The notes: a model not told the origin generated them from the letters alone. Positions 30,136 through 39,557 are shown, counted from the first letter of the stretch. The stretch: 64,000 nt of DNA from Candidatus Hydrogenedentota bacterium (GCA_016209895.1 JACQVH010000157.1:4206-68205); one strand, 5' to 3'. Numbers and translations are program-made.

Positions 30136-32274
30136 TTAAGAAACGGTCAGCGGCAATGCCTGGAGCGGCGTCCCCGTGGCGTGGTGGAGGGCGTTGGCGA
30201 TAGCGGGGGCGATGGCGATGATCGGGGTTTCGCCGGCGCCGGCCGAGGGGAGGTCGGGACGATTGAGAATGACTACGTCAATTTCCGGGACGTCTTTGAA
30301 GCGGGGGACGCGGTACTGCTTGAAGTTGTTAGTCGTGATTCTTCCGTCCTGGAACTGAATGGTTTCGAAGAGGGCTGCGCCGAGACCCATGATGAGGCAG
30401 CCTTCGATTTGTGATTTGAGATTGGCAGGATTTTGGACTGCGCCGCACTCGAACGCCGCGCAGACGCGGCGCACCTGGATCTCCTTCGTCGGCGCGTTCA
30501 CGTGAATTTCGACGCATGTCGCGATAAAGGAACCTTTCTCCGTGCCGCAGGCAATGCCATATCCCGTGTCAGTCGCCTTGTCTTGTCGGCGTTCCGTCCA
30601 CTTGAACTGTTTGGCAACGGCATTCAACACCTCTTTCAGTTGTCCGTCCTCCAAATAGGCCAGACGGAAGGCGAGCGGGTCTGCGCTGGTCTCCGCCGCT
30701 AGTCGGTCTATGAAAGCTTCCCGCGCAAAATTATTAGCGGTGGCGGCGAGTGCGCGGTAGGACCCTTGCCGGAGTGGGGAATCGCAGGGCTGAGACTTGA
30801 CGCGCTTATTGGGAAATGTGTAGGGACAATCGAGGGCGGAACCGCCGGAATTGTAGTTGGTGAAGTCCCACGCCGTCACCTTTCCTGCGTTATCAATAGC
30901 GGCTGCCACTTCCAGCAGTCCGGCAGGACGGAAATACGCCCACGTGAATTCCTCTTCGCGGGTCCAATGCACCGCTACCGGGCGTTTCACGGCTTTGGCG
31001 AGGCGAGCCGCCTCGACTGCGGCATCGCCCCGGTGCTTGCCGCCGAAACCACCGCCCGCGTCGGGCATGATCACGCGGACGTTCTCTTCGGATATGCTGA
31101 ACGCCTCCGCCAACTCGCCCCGTACGTTGAACGGCGTCTGCGTGCCGGTCCAGACCGTTAGCTTCCCGTCCACCCATTCCGCCACGGCCGCGCGCGGCTC
31201 CATGGGCGCGTGCTGGATGTACGGCACTTCGTACGAGGCGAGGACCACCTTATCCGCAGCGGCCATAGCAGCGCCCACATCACCCTGCTCGGACCCGCGC
31301 GGGCGATCCCGTCCTGAGCCAGAATTCGCGGTTTCCTTGAGGACGCGAAACAATTCCGAACTCGAGGGGTGCGGTTTGGTATTCCATCTGGCGGTTGCGA
31401 CGAGGGCCTCGAGAGCCTTCCGGGCCTGAAAGGTTGTCGGGGCCGTGCATCCGACGAAACTCCCGTCGCGAACCACGGTGACACCCTCGAGCGACTCTGC
31501 GGCCTTGCTGTCGAGGTCAACCAACTCGGCGTCAAACGATGGCGGGCGAAGCACTTTCCCATAAAGCATGTCCGGGCGCTTGATGTCGGAAGGAAACCGG
31601 TGTTTACCGGTCACCAACTCGATGGCCGCCACTTTCCCTTCAAGTTTTCCCAGCACGCGCCAAGCGTCGGCAGGGGTCAACTCGATCCTCTCACTGGTTT
31701 TGCCAGCTAGCGCCGCTCCGACATCGCCTACCTTAGCGACCAGCTCGGCCAGCGTCATCTTCCGGCCGTCGGAATGTTCAATTACGCCGTCGCGCATAGC
31801 GGTGGAATCGGGTTTGACGCCCCACTGTTCGCAGGCCAACTCGACGACCAGTTCGCGCGCGGACGCAGCAGCTTGCCGAACGGTCGGTACCGTGCGCGGC
31901 GTGGTCTGGCTGCCGTACGTACCGCCGTCATTGGGAACCGAGTCGGTATCGCCCATTATCAGCCGGACCTGCGATAGCGGCACGCGAAGTTCTTCGGCAA
32001 CGGCTTGCGAGAGTTGCGTGCGCGCGCCTTGACCCAATTCAACCTTGCCCGTCAGCGCCATGACGATGCCGTCCTTATCGAACAGGAAGCGCCCCGCAAC
32101 AGCCCGGCCTTTGCCAGCGCGCTCCTGGGCCCGGCCGAACTTGCCGAACGACGTGATGAGCAGTCCGGCGCCGACCGTCTGGACAAAAGCCCGCCGCGAC
32201 AAGCTGAAGCGATAGCGCGGCTTCTCTTCGAGTTCGTAGCGCTCCAGTTCTATGGGATTCCTTTCCGCACTCAT
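30136..32274 (-). CDS. Molybdopterin-binding large subunit, isoquinoline 1-oxidoreductase / xanthine dehydrogenase family
   Basis: Tat-like LSRRAFVQ; GKVELGQG, AEEL, HAPMEP, GGGFGGK, GAGETP. Confidence 0.92.
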   Translation of the reverse strand: MSAERNPIELERYELEEKPRYRFSLSRRAFVQTVGAGLLITSFGKFGRAQERAGKGRAVAGRFLFDKDGIVMALTGKVELGQGARTQLSQAVAEELRVPLSQVRLIMGDTDSVPNDGGTYGSQTTPRTVPTVRQAAASARELVVELACEQWGVKPDSTAMRDGVIEHSDGRKMTLAELVAKVGDVGAALAGKTSERIELTPADAWRVLGKLEGKVAAIELVTGKHRFPSDIKRPDMLYGKVLRPPSFDAELVDLDSKAAESLEGVTVVRDGSFVGCTAPTTFQARKALEALVATARWNTKPHPSSSELFRVLKETANSGSGRDRPRGSEQGDVGAAMAAADKVVLASYEVPYIQHAPMEPRAAVAEWVDGKLTVWTGTQTPFNVRGELAEAFSISEENVRVIMPDAGGGFGGKHRGDAAVEAARLAKAVKRPVAVHWTREEEFTWAYFRPAGLLEVAAAIDNAGKVTAWDFTNYNSGGSALDCPYTFPNKRVKSQPCDSPLRQGSYRALAATANNFAREAFIDRLAAETSADPLAFRLAYLEDGQLKEVLNAVAKQFKWTERRQDKATDTGYGIACGTEKGSFIATCVEIHVNAPTKEIQVRRVCAAFECGAVQNPANLKSQIEGCLIMGLGAALFETIQFQDGRITTNNFKQYRVPRFKDVPEIDVVILNRPDLPSAGAGETPIIAIAPAIANALHHATGTPLQALPLTVS

Positions 32275-32750
32275 TTGGCCGGCGCCTCTTGGGTGAGTTC
32301 TGCCGCACGCTCGATTGCCCGAAGAATGTTTGAATAATTATTGCAGCGACAGAGGTTGCCGTTCATCCATTCAACAATCTGCGCGCGCGTAGGTTTTGGA
32401 TTGGTTCGGAGCAGCGCCACCGCCGTAAGGACCATGCCTGGTGTGCAATAGCCACATTGCATCGCGTTTTCGGCAACGAACGCTTCTTGGACAGCGTGCA
32501 GTTTGTCGCCCGCCGCCAGTCCCTCAATGGTGGTGACTTCTTTGCCTTGGACTTTGGCGATTGCCAGTTGGCACGAGGCTACCGGCCGCCCGTCTACGAG
32601 CACCGTACACGCCCGGCAGCTTCCTTCGCCACACCCGTATTTGGTGCCGGTAAGGTCCAATTCCTCCCGAAGCACGTCCAATAACGGACGCTCCGGTTCT
32701 GTGGCAACCGATTTTGAAACACTATTGGCAGTAAACGTGAATGTGGCCAT
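32271..32750 (-). CDS. (2Fe-2S)-binding small subunit (IorA/CoxS-like)
   Basis: TGTKYGCGEGSCRAC, QCGYCTPG, GNLCRC; overlaps the large-subunit start. Confidence 0.93.
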   Translation of the reverse strand: MATFTFTANSVSKSVATEPERPLLDVLREELDLTGTKYGCGEGSCRACTVLVDGRPVASCQLAIAKVQGKEVTTIEGLAAGDKLHAVQEAFVAENAMQCGYCTPGMVLTAVALLRTNPKPTRAQIVEWMNGNLCRCNNYSNILRAIERAAELTQEAPAK

Positions 32751-32835
32751 ACTTCGCCCCAAATGTTAGTGGGACACCGTCACGCTGAACGTGGCTTATT
32801 TCAGATGTCGGAGGCCACCGGCCTCCAGCGGATAA

Positions 32836-33156
32836 TCAGCGACCGCGGCCGCGGGGACGTCCACCACCGCCCCTGGGCCCGCCACCGCCGCCACCACCAC
32901 CGCCCCGCCGGTCCTCGCGCGGCCGGGCTTCGTTGACGTTGAGGGTGCGTCCACCCAGATCCTGGCCGTTAAGTCCGCTGATCGCGGCGACGGCCTCGGC
33001 CTTTGCGGGCATTTCCACGAACGCAAACCCGCGCGAATCGCCGGTAAACTTGTCCCGGATGATGGTAACGCTGTCCACCCGGCCGAAGGCTTCAAAAGCG
33101 CGCCGGAGTTCGTCTTCGGTGGTGCTGGTTGATAGGCTTCCCACATAGATGTTCAT
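32836..33156 (-). CDS. RRM-domain RNA-binding protein with Gly/Arg-rich tail
   Basis: RNP2 NIYVGSL, RNP1 RGFAFVEM, GRTLNVNEARPRE, RGG tail. Confidence 0.95.
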   Translation of the reverse strand: MNIYVGSLSTSTTEDELRRAFEAFGRVDSVTIIRDKFTGDSRGFAFVEMPAKAEAVAAISGLNGQDLGGRTLNVNEARPREDRRGGGGGGGGGPRGGGGRPRGRGR

Positions 33157-33341
33157 GGTGCAGCGTGTCCTCTCTGTTTGGCTAATCCTTTACCAGTTTT
33201 TTCGCACAAGGTAACCCATTCCTCGTCCGTCAACTCATCGTACCTACACGATTCCAGCGCGAATCGGCATAACGCCTGTTCACGATGCGTGGCCTCCGAC
33301 CCGTGCCGAATCGTGGTTTCTCGTTGATCTTTCTTACTCAT
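33153..33341 (-). CDS. Small hypothetical ORF or upstream ORF coupled to the RRM gene
   Basis: 62 codons; the stop overlaps the RRM ATG (ATGA); no recognisable motif. Confidence 0.3.
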   Translation of the reverse strand: MSKKDQRETTIRHGSEATHREQALCRFALESCRYDELTDEEWVTLCEKTGKGLAKQRGHAAP

Positions 33342-33388
33342 GGAAAAAGCAGCATAGCATAGCCAAGGGACCAGATGGAATAGCGGGC

Positions 33389-33417
33389 TTGACTTTCAGT
33401 GTTTCCCCGTGTATAGT
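33389..33417 (+). promoter_or_regulatory. Sigma70-type promoter of the DEAD-box helicase gene
   Basis: TTGACT (33389-94) - N17 - TATAGT (33412-17), implying a 5'UTR of about 180 nt. Confidence 0.75.
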
Positions 33418-33520
33418 CCATACAATTTGTAGAACTTTAATGCTGCTGGTTAGGTAGCAGACGACTCTTGGAAGCCGTTCTCTCTACACTACGTTCACCT
33501 CGAAGCTTGGCCACTCACCT

Positions 33521-33610
33521 ATGTGTTGTTTCCCACTTTGCCGGTGTTCAGCAGACAAAACCGAAGCTTGACTGGTTTGATCCGGCAAGACTAAAGGGAA
33601 ATCAACATGT
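33521..33610 (+). promoter_or_regulatory. 5'UTR stem-loop sequestering the SD and start codon of the helicase
   Basis: TGTTG-TTTCCC (33524-34) pairs with GGGAAA-t-CAACA (33596-607); TTGCCGG (33538-44) with CCGGCAA (33582-88); AAACC (33558-62) with GGTTT (33574-78). Confidence 0.6.
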
Positions 33611-34827
33611 CATTTGAAGAATTCTGTATTGACCGACGGTGCCTGAGTATACTCCAACGCCAGAGCATTTGTCGGCCGACCCCTGTCCAGGCACTGGCCA
33701 TTCCGGTGGCGCTGGAAGGAAAGGACGTAGTGGCGATTGCGCAAACCGGAACGGGTAAGACGCTCGCTTTTGCCCTGCCCGCACTGACGCGACTCGCCGG
33801 CGCACCGGTGGCGCAGACTTCGATGCTCGTCCTCACACCCACGCGTGAATTGGCCGTGCAGGTGCACGATGTACTCCGGACGTTGGCGGAACCGCTCGGA
33901 CTGCGCACCGCATGCATCTACGGCGGTGTCGGCCTCGGACTGCAAGCACAGGCGCTCCGCCGCGGGTGCGCCATTGTGGTCGCCACACCCGGCCGGCTCC
34001 TCGATCACCTTTCGCGCGGCAACGTGCGACTGGACCGCGTGGCGATACTGGTGTTGGACGAAGCCGACCGAATGTTGGATATGGGGTTCCTGCCGGACAT
34101 TCGGCGAATTGTCGGCCGACTGCCGCGCGAGCGCCAGACCCTGATGTTCTCGGCCACGTTCCCGAATGAGATCGCGCGGTTGGCCGGCCAAATGCAGCGT
34201 GACCCGGCGCGCATCGAAGTAGGACCGGTCGCGACGCCCGTGGAAACGGTGCGTCAGGGCATTTACACGGTTGATCAGACCGCCAAAGTGGGACTGCTCT
34301 CGAAGCTTCTCCGCGCTCCCGACGTCCGGTCCGCACTGGTCTTTCTGCGGACCAAGCATCGGACGGACCGCGTGGCTCGAACCTTGCACCAAGCCGGCTT
34401 TAAGGTTCAAGCGCTTCACGGCGATCGGTCTCAAAGCCAGCGCGAGCAGGCCCTCGACGGGTTTCGTAAGGGCCGCTATAACGTACTCGTCGCCACGGAT
34501 ATTGCCGCCCGCGGCCTGGACATTCAGGGTATCAGCCACGTCATAAACTTCGATGTCCCGAAAACCTCGGACGAATACATCCATCGCATCGGCCGCACCG
34601 CCCGCGCAAGTATGACGGGGGACGCGATCACTTTCGTATCGCCGGATGAATGCGTGGCGCTAGGCACGATCGAGCGCGCTTTGGGCAAGAATTTGCCGCG
34701 CCAAGAGTGGGAAGGCGCGGTACCGGTTCTCTCGATGTTCCAGTCGGCCGGTATACAACCCGCCGGCGTCAAACGGAACGGCATTCGTCGCGGTGGAAGG
34801 CGCTTGCTGGGCCGACGCGGCAGATAG
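33607..34827 (+). CDS. rhlE: DEAD-box RNA helicase (RhlE-like)
   Basis: Q motif, AQTGTGKT, PTRELA, GG, TPGRL, DEADRMLDMGF, SAT, ARGLD, HRIGRTAR. Confidence 0.93.
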   Translation: MSFEEFCIDRRCLSILQRQSICRPTPVQALAIPVALEGKDVVAIAQTGTGKTLAFALPALTRLAGAPVAQTSMLVLTPTRELAVQVHDVLRTLAEPLGLRTACIYGGVGLGLQAQALRRGCAIVVATPGRLLDHLSRGNVRLDRVAILVLDEADRMLDMGFLPDIRRIVGRLPRERQTLMFSATFPNEIARLAGQMQRDPARIEVGPVATPVETVRQGIYTVDQTAKVGLLSKLLRAPDVRSALVFLRTKHRTDRVARTLHQAGFKVQALHGDRSQSQREQALDGFRKGRYNVLVATDIAARGLDIQGISHVINFDVPKTSDEYIHRIGRTARASMTGDAITFVSPDECVALGTIERALGKNLPRQEWEGAVPVLSMFQSAGIQPAGVKRNGIRRGGRRLLGRRGR

Positions 34828-34903
34828 GATAAAACAAACCGAATTGGTGTACCCTGCCGCAAGAATTGGATACGGGAACTCTGGGTAGCGTCTCTGATTT
34901 ACC

Positions 34904-36268
34904 CTAGAAAGGTTGTAGGTCCTCATGGGCACACCAAGTGATGACATTGCCCAAGTGGTTGATGACCTGGTGAATCTTACCGGTCTTTGAATCATGATAA
35001 AGCAGCCGGTACTTCTCAAACTCTTCGCTAGTCAGCGGACTGCCCTTTGACCGGGTTCTCAGCTCTTCCAAAGTCGGTCCTGCCTGCTGCCACACGATGC
35101 GGGTTCCGTCCGGCGAAACCCACCAGGCGGGTCCGACGTATGCCATTCCAGTCTCGTAGCCAATCACGGTGTCGCCGGAGTAGAGCGTGCCAGGGCGGCG
35201 CAAGAGGACACGCTTTTCGTGTTCTGAAGGCTCCCGGGTAACATAGCGGTATGGTCCACCGAGAGATTCTTCGGGCACTAATTTTCGCCCTTGCACGTCC
35301 ACCGTATAGCACTTCTCGGCAAGCGTTACGCGTTCGCGACGGCCAAACCAAACCGCAAGGTTTATGGCTTGCGAAATGGCATTCCTGAACAGAATGACTT
35401 CCATTTCGAGCGGCTGGTGCTCCGTGCCAGGGAACCGGATTTGATCCGGCGAGAAGAGGTCCTGAACCTGGCTGGTCTTAAGATCAAGCAATGCAATGGC
35501 GAGACAGGGCGAGTCGGAAGGAGGGCAATTCGCGGCACGCAGGAGGAGCAAGTGATCCTCGTCATACCAAGCGAAAGGCAACTTGGACTGTGGCTCGCCG
35601 AACGGCATCATCAACGGCGACGCGGGAATGATTTTTCGGACCGTGCCTTGGAGGCGGTCTACGATGAAGAATAGGCGTGATGTCATCGAACCGCGGTTTT
35701 CAAGGTGGTCCGGATTCTTCTCGGCGGTCCACGCGAGAAACGCCAGTCGATCGCGGCGAGGTGACTCGATGAAGTTTACGTCAAGCGCTTCGATGCCGAC
35801 CGCGAGCTGGGCGATATTCCGTTCCTTGTCCGAACGCAGGTTGCGGGCTTTCAGGAGCGTTGCGTCGGGGTCGGGCACAAGGTAAAGAAACTCGTCGTCG
35901 AGACGAGCGCCCTCCCTAAAACCCTCGAATACGGCTTGCGCCTTGCCCGTGGTGAGGTCTAAACTCGTAAGAATTCGCTTGCCGCCCTGCAAATCAACGT
36001 ACCAGAAGTACCCGCCCAAGACCCATCCACCTGGCACCCATGCCCGTTCCGGCAAGAGTACTTCCCGCAAATCGAGGCCGTCGGTTTTAACCTGCCCGAT
36101 TACGAGCTTTTCTAGTGGCGAATTCTCATCCGTGCTCGTCTTGACCACAAAGACGTCGTAATTTGCCGCGGCGTAGCAAAGTCGAGCCGACAACCCTATG
36201 AGTGCCATGAGTATGACGACTTCCACCGCCAATCCAGGATATGATCCCCGCGACTTGGTCTCGTTCAT
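34904..36268 (-). CDS. Hypothetical exported protein, likely beta-propeller (TolB-like)
   Basis: N-terminal hydrophobic segment; SPRRDRLAF and VSPDGTRIVW blade-like motifs; GGGAG SD before ATG 36268. Confidence 0.55.
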   Translation of the reverse strand: MNETKSRGSYPGLAVEVVILMALIGLSARLCYAAANYDVFVVKTSTDENSPLEKLVIGQVKTDGLDLREVLLPERAWVPGGWVLGGYFWYVDLQGGKRILTSLDLTTGKAQAVFEGFREGARLDDEFLYLVPDPDATLLKARNLRSDKERNIAQLAVGIEALDVNFIESPRRDRLAFLAWTAEKNPDHLENRGSMTSRLFFIVDRLQGTVRKIIPASPLMMPFGEPQSKLPFAWYDEDHLLLLRAANCPPSDSPCLAIALLDLKTSQVQDLFSPDQIRFPGTEHQPLEMEVILFRNAISQAINLAVWFGRRERVTLAEKCYTVDVQGRKLVPEESLGGPYRYVTREPSEHEKRVLLRRPGTLYSGDTVIGYETGMAYVGPAWWVSPDGTRIVWQQAGPTLEELRTRSKGSPLTSEEFEKYRLLYHDSKTGKIHQVINHLGNVITWCAHEDLQPF

Positions 36269-36453
36269 GATCCCCTCTCCCGCTTTATGCACCCCAGGAA
36301 TATTGAACACTTATTACGTTACTCGATCGCGTAGACGCTGTCAACGCCGCGAACCAAGACATGCAGGGCCTTGCTAGGCGCCCGGATGAGAAGTTCGGTA
36401 TTCGGAAGAGGTAGCGCCCGCCCCTCCACGGCGGGCAGTGGAGAACTTTCCAC

Positions 36454-36500
36454 TTGCGTTTCGAGATCGAAGCCGCTATAAATTGATCAGGATTGATCAA
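36454..36500 (+). promoter_or_regulatory. Promoter and palindromic operator upstream of the Phd-like antitoxin
   Basis: TTGCGT-N17-TATAAA, immediately followed by the perfect inverted repeat TTGATCA-ggat-TGATCAA (36483-36500). Confidence 0.55.
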
Positions 36501-36514
36501 GGTTAAACAAGTAG

Positions 36515-36820
36515 ATGAGTTACGTGAACCGGGTCAGCCCGAATGTCTACCGCATTCCGATTACGAAAGCACGAGTGAATCTCGGACAAGTGGTGCGGCG
36601 CGCCCATTTGGACAAGGAGTGCTTCATTCTCGAAAAAGACGGCATTCCTCTGGCAGGGATTATTGATATTGACGAACTCGAACACTATCTCGAATTCCGG
36701 GATCCCAAGCTTCGGACTCAAGTTCGGGCGAGTTACCGCGCCTACCGGCATGGGAAGGCCAAGCCGCTTGACCACCTACTTGCTGAACTCAAGCCTCACA
36801 CCCGGAAGCAGCATCGGTAA
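36515..36820 (+). CDS. Phd/YefM-family antitoxin
   Basis: IPITKARVNLGQVVRR..FILEKDGIPLAGIIDIDE matches the Phd fold pattern. Confidence 0.75.
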   Translation: MSYVNRVSPNVYRIPITKARVNLGQVVRRAHLDKECFILEKDGIPLAGIIDIDELEHYLEFRDPKLRTQVRASYRAYRHGKAKPLDHLLAELKPHTRKQHR

Positions 36821-36835
36821 AAGCTTGAGCAACGG

Positions 36836-36955
36836 ATGTTCACTATTCTTCCTGTCCTCACCACTCCACTTTTCGATCTCGCTGCCAAGAAGGGCAGTAG
36901 TGCGTCCGAATCGGCGATTACTGACAGCGATAGAAAATTGTGGTTAACGAGGTAG
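36836..36955 (+). pseudogene. Truncated RelE/ParE-like toxin remnant
   Basis: 39-codon ORF MFTILPVLTTPLFDLAAKKG..., resembling the RelE N-terminus (V.TTP.F...AKKL), directly after the antitoxin. Confidence 0.4.
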
Positions 36956-37080
36956 TTCTGCACTCACTCCATCCCCGTGAGCGCGCCTACTAAAGCGGGG
37001 AGCCGTCCCGTTTAACACGGCTTGAACGCACATGTTATATTGTCCAAAAAAAAGACGCCGAGTGTCGGGAATTGTGAAAC

Positions 37081-37374
37081 ATGACGAGTGCAGAGATAAG
37101 AAGGCGCATAGCTGAGCACCGGCGCGAACTCGAAGATTTGGAAGTATCTTCGCTGGCACTCTTTGGGTCCGCTGCGAGGAACGAAGCCTCAGAGTCCAGT
37201 GACATAGACCTTCTAGTCGAGTTCCGGCAACCTGTCGGGCTGTTCACATTCTATCGCGTGCAGGAGTATCTCGAGGATCTGCTCGGCACGCCGCGTGTGG
37301 ACTTGGTGCTCCGTCGCGCGGTAATTGACGAATTGAAGGATCGAATCTACGGGGAAGCGGTCCCATGCCTGTGA
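37081..37374 (+). CDS. Minimal nucleotidyltransferase (MNT/MntA-type antitoxin)
   Basis: LFGSAARNEASESSDIDLLVEF (GSx10DxD), VDLV. Confidence 0.92.
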   Translation: MTSAEIRRRIAEHRRELEDLEVSSLALFGSAARNEASESSDIDLLVEFRQPVGLFTFYRVQEYLEDLLGTPRVDLVLRRAVIDELKDRIYGEAVPCL

Positions 37375-37775
37375 GGAATTGGAAGTTCCGGATCAGGCAC
37401 ATCATGGACAATATCGCGCGTATTGAAGTTTTCATTCGCGGAATGACATATGCGACATTCTGCGCGGACGACAAGACGGCTTTCGTGGTGGTGACGTGTT
37501 TCTCAATCATCGGGGAGGCGGCGCGGCTGATTCCGGAAGATATCAAGAGTGCCCATCCCAACGTTCCCTGGAATCAGATGATCCGCATGCGGAACGTCCT
37601 TGTCCATGAGTATGACAAGATTGACCTAGAGATTGTTTGGAGCACGGCCACCAAAGACCTGCCGGTGGTTCTGCCGAAGCTGAAAGCAGTTCTCGAGGCG
37701 TCGGTCGAACGGCGTGAGGAAGACGCAGCATCAGACTTGAACGTTGACCAGCCTCCACAGGGTACCACCACGTGA
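37365..37775 (+). CDS. HepT-like HEPN ribonuclease toxin (DUF86)
   Basis: IIGEAA, PW, MRNVLVHEY (Rx4H plus Tyr), IDLEIVW; overlaps the MNT gene. Confidence 0.9.
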   Translation: MPVRNWKFRIRHIMDNIARIEVFIRGMTYATFCADDKTAFVVVTCFSIIGEAARLIPEDIKSAHPNVPWNQMIRMRNVLVHEYDKIDLEIVWSTATKDLPVVLPKLKAVLEASVERREEDAASDLNVDQPPQGTTT

Positions 37776-37797
37776 ATAACCGAGCGCGCGATGCGCG

Positions 37798-38619
37798 CTA
37801 TGGTTTGGTGAGCTTTTTCAGGAACTCGATAGTCAAGGGCCAGGCTTGTTCGCTGGCTTTGCGGTTGGCGTCTTCACGGCCGTCCTGTTGACGGAGGAAA
37901 CCGTGGCCGGCGTTGTCATATACGGCTTTTTCATAGGACTTTCCCAGACGCTTCATCTCGGCTTCGGCGGCTGGAATGGTTGAATTCACCCGCTCGTCCA
38001 TCTGGCCATACAGTCCGAGTACGGGGGCGCTAATCTTGGACAACGCCGCCGTGTCCGGTGACGTCCCGTAATACACCACTGCCGCGTTCAATTTCGGTTG
38101 AACGGTCGCATATAGGAAACTCGTCGCGCCGCCCCAACAAAACCCGATACTGGCACATTTCCCATTGGAGGCCGGCAATGCCAGGCCATAATCGAGCGCC
38201 GCGTTCAGGCGTTTTATAGTCTCTTCTTCAGTGAGTTTGCGGATCGCTTCACGTGGATTGGCCTCGGCACCCACGATGCCGGCAATGAGGTCCGGCGCAA
38301 CGGCGATAAACCCTTCTTTGGCAAGGGCATCCGCGATGGCCTGAACCCACTCCGATAGTCCGAAGATTTCGTGAATTACCAGCACCACCGGGGCTTTTTC
38401 AGCCCGTTCGGGGTACACCACCCAAGTCTTCATCTTGGTTTCGCTGCCCGGCAAGGGGATGTTCGCATACTCGCCATGGCGCGGTGACGATTCCAGGGCC
38501 TGTTTCGCCGTGTCCGCAGATGGCGGAAGGTTGGATTCCTGGGCAGCAAACCCCGGAAAGCAAATGCCGCCGCAAATCACGGCGATTGCCAGAACGGAAA
38601 TCGCAGTTCCTTGAAACAT
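37798..38619 (-). CDS. Dienelactone hydrolase family protein, exported
   Basis: HEIFGL, APDL, GFCWGG nucleophile, AGHGF; signal peptide; GAGGAG SD. Confidence 0.92.
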   Translation of the reverse strand: MFQGTAISVLAIAVICGGICFPGFAAQESNLPPSADTAKQALESSPRHGEYANIPLPGSETKMKTWVVYPERAEKAPVVLVIHEIFGLSEWVQAIADALAKEGFIAVAPDLIAGIVGAEANPREAIRKLTEEETIKRLNAALDYGLALPASNGKCASIGFCWGGATSFLYATVQPKLNAAVVYYGTSPDTAALSKISAPVLGLYGQMDERVNSTIPAAEAEMKRLGKSYEKAVYDNAGHGFLRQQDGREDANRKASEQAWPLTIEFLKKLTKP

Positions 38620-38830
38620 AGCCGGTCTCCTCTTAGTCAAAGAATTGCGCAACGGGTCTCGCTCCTGAACACCAGCGGAAGGGTAACTTATGCCTCGGCT
38701 TGGTCAATATCAGGCTCCTACCTCTGCTTATTCTGGAACGAGGGCGCGGGAATTGGGTTTTATCAATGGTAACGGGTTAACAGGAGAAGAGATTATGTGG
38801 ACTATGTGGAAACGAGAGAGTAAACACCTC

Positions 38831-39490
38831 ATGAATGCGAAACTCATCATAGCGGCCGGCGTCGTCCTCGTGTGTGTATGGGCGGCGCAAGCCGTGGCTC
38901 AAGGCCAAGGTGCGGCACAATTGACCCCGGAGAAACGTGAAGCGGCCTGGACCCTCGAAGCCAAGGGCGTGGCTAAGACCGCCGGCCTTTCTGCGGAGGC
39001 GACCGGTAAACTGGTAGATGCCTACAAAGCCAGTCGCAAAAGCCTCCAGGAAGCTGCTGAGAAAGCAGCCCCGAGCGGTGGTGGCGGCGGCGGAAGAGAG
39101 GCGTTCGACGCTCGTCTGAAACTAGCTGAAGAAGAGCGAGGAAAGTTCAGAAAGGCTCTGGAAGGGTTCCTGAGCAAGGAACAGGTAGACAAGGCCATCG
39201 CCCCTCTCGGAACCTACAACCGCCAGTGGGACCGCCTGGTAGACGCCCTGGCCAGCTTCCAAGTCGGCGATGAAAAACAAGATAAGGGCTTGGCGCTAAT
39301 TGCCACCTACGTTGTGGATTCGGATGCCGCGCTCGCCAAGGCAAGGGCCGCTCAGGATATGGAAGGCATGCGGACCGCCATGCAGGAATTGAAGACCAAG
39401 CTCGACACGGCCATGGCCGACGTCCTCACCCCCGAACAACTAACCAAGTGGAAAGAAGCTACCGCGCCTCGTGGCGGACGTCGTGGCTAA
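38831..39490 (+). CDS. Hypothetical exported helical protein (Spy/CpxP-like C-terminus)
   Basis: Signal peptide (AVA|Q), helical composition, VLTPEQ near the C-terminus. Confidence 0.65.
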   Translation: MNAKLIIAAGVVLVCVWAAQAVAQGQGAAQLTPEKREAAWTLEAKGVAKTAGLSAEATGKLVDAYKASRKSLQEAAEKAAPSGGGGGGREAFDARLKLAEEERGKFRKALEGFLSKEQVDKAIAPLGTYNRQWDRLVDALASFQVGDEKQDKGLALIATYVVDSDAALAKARAAQDMEGMRTAMQELKTKLDTAMADVLTPEQLTKWKEATAPRGGRRG

Positions 39491-39519
39491 CCCCACAACA
39501 GGGGTTCGTTCTTCCATAC

Positions 39520-39557
39520 AGAGGGGCTTGCGTGCGAGCGTGAGTCCCTCTTTCTTT
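39520..39557 (+). terminator. Intrinsic terminator
   Basis: 13-bp stem AGAGGGGCTTGCG / CGTGAGTCCCTCT (3 G-U pairs) followed by TTCTTT, 30 nt after the stop. Confidence 0.6.

Noticed and set aside
36483-36500. FNR/CRP box
   Set aside because: TTGAT and ATCAA are separated by 8 nt rather than 4; an antitoxin operator fits better.
29300-37800. Prophage or integrative element around the TA cluster
   Set aside because: No integrase, phage genes, tRNA target or flanking att repeats found.
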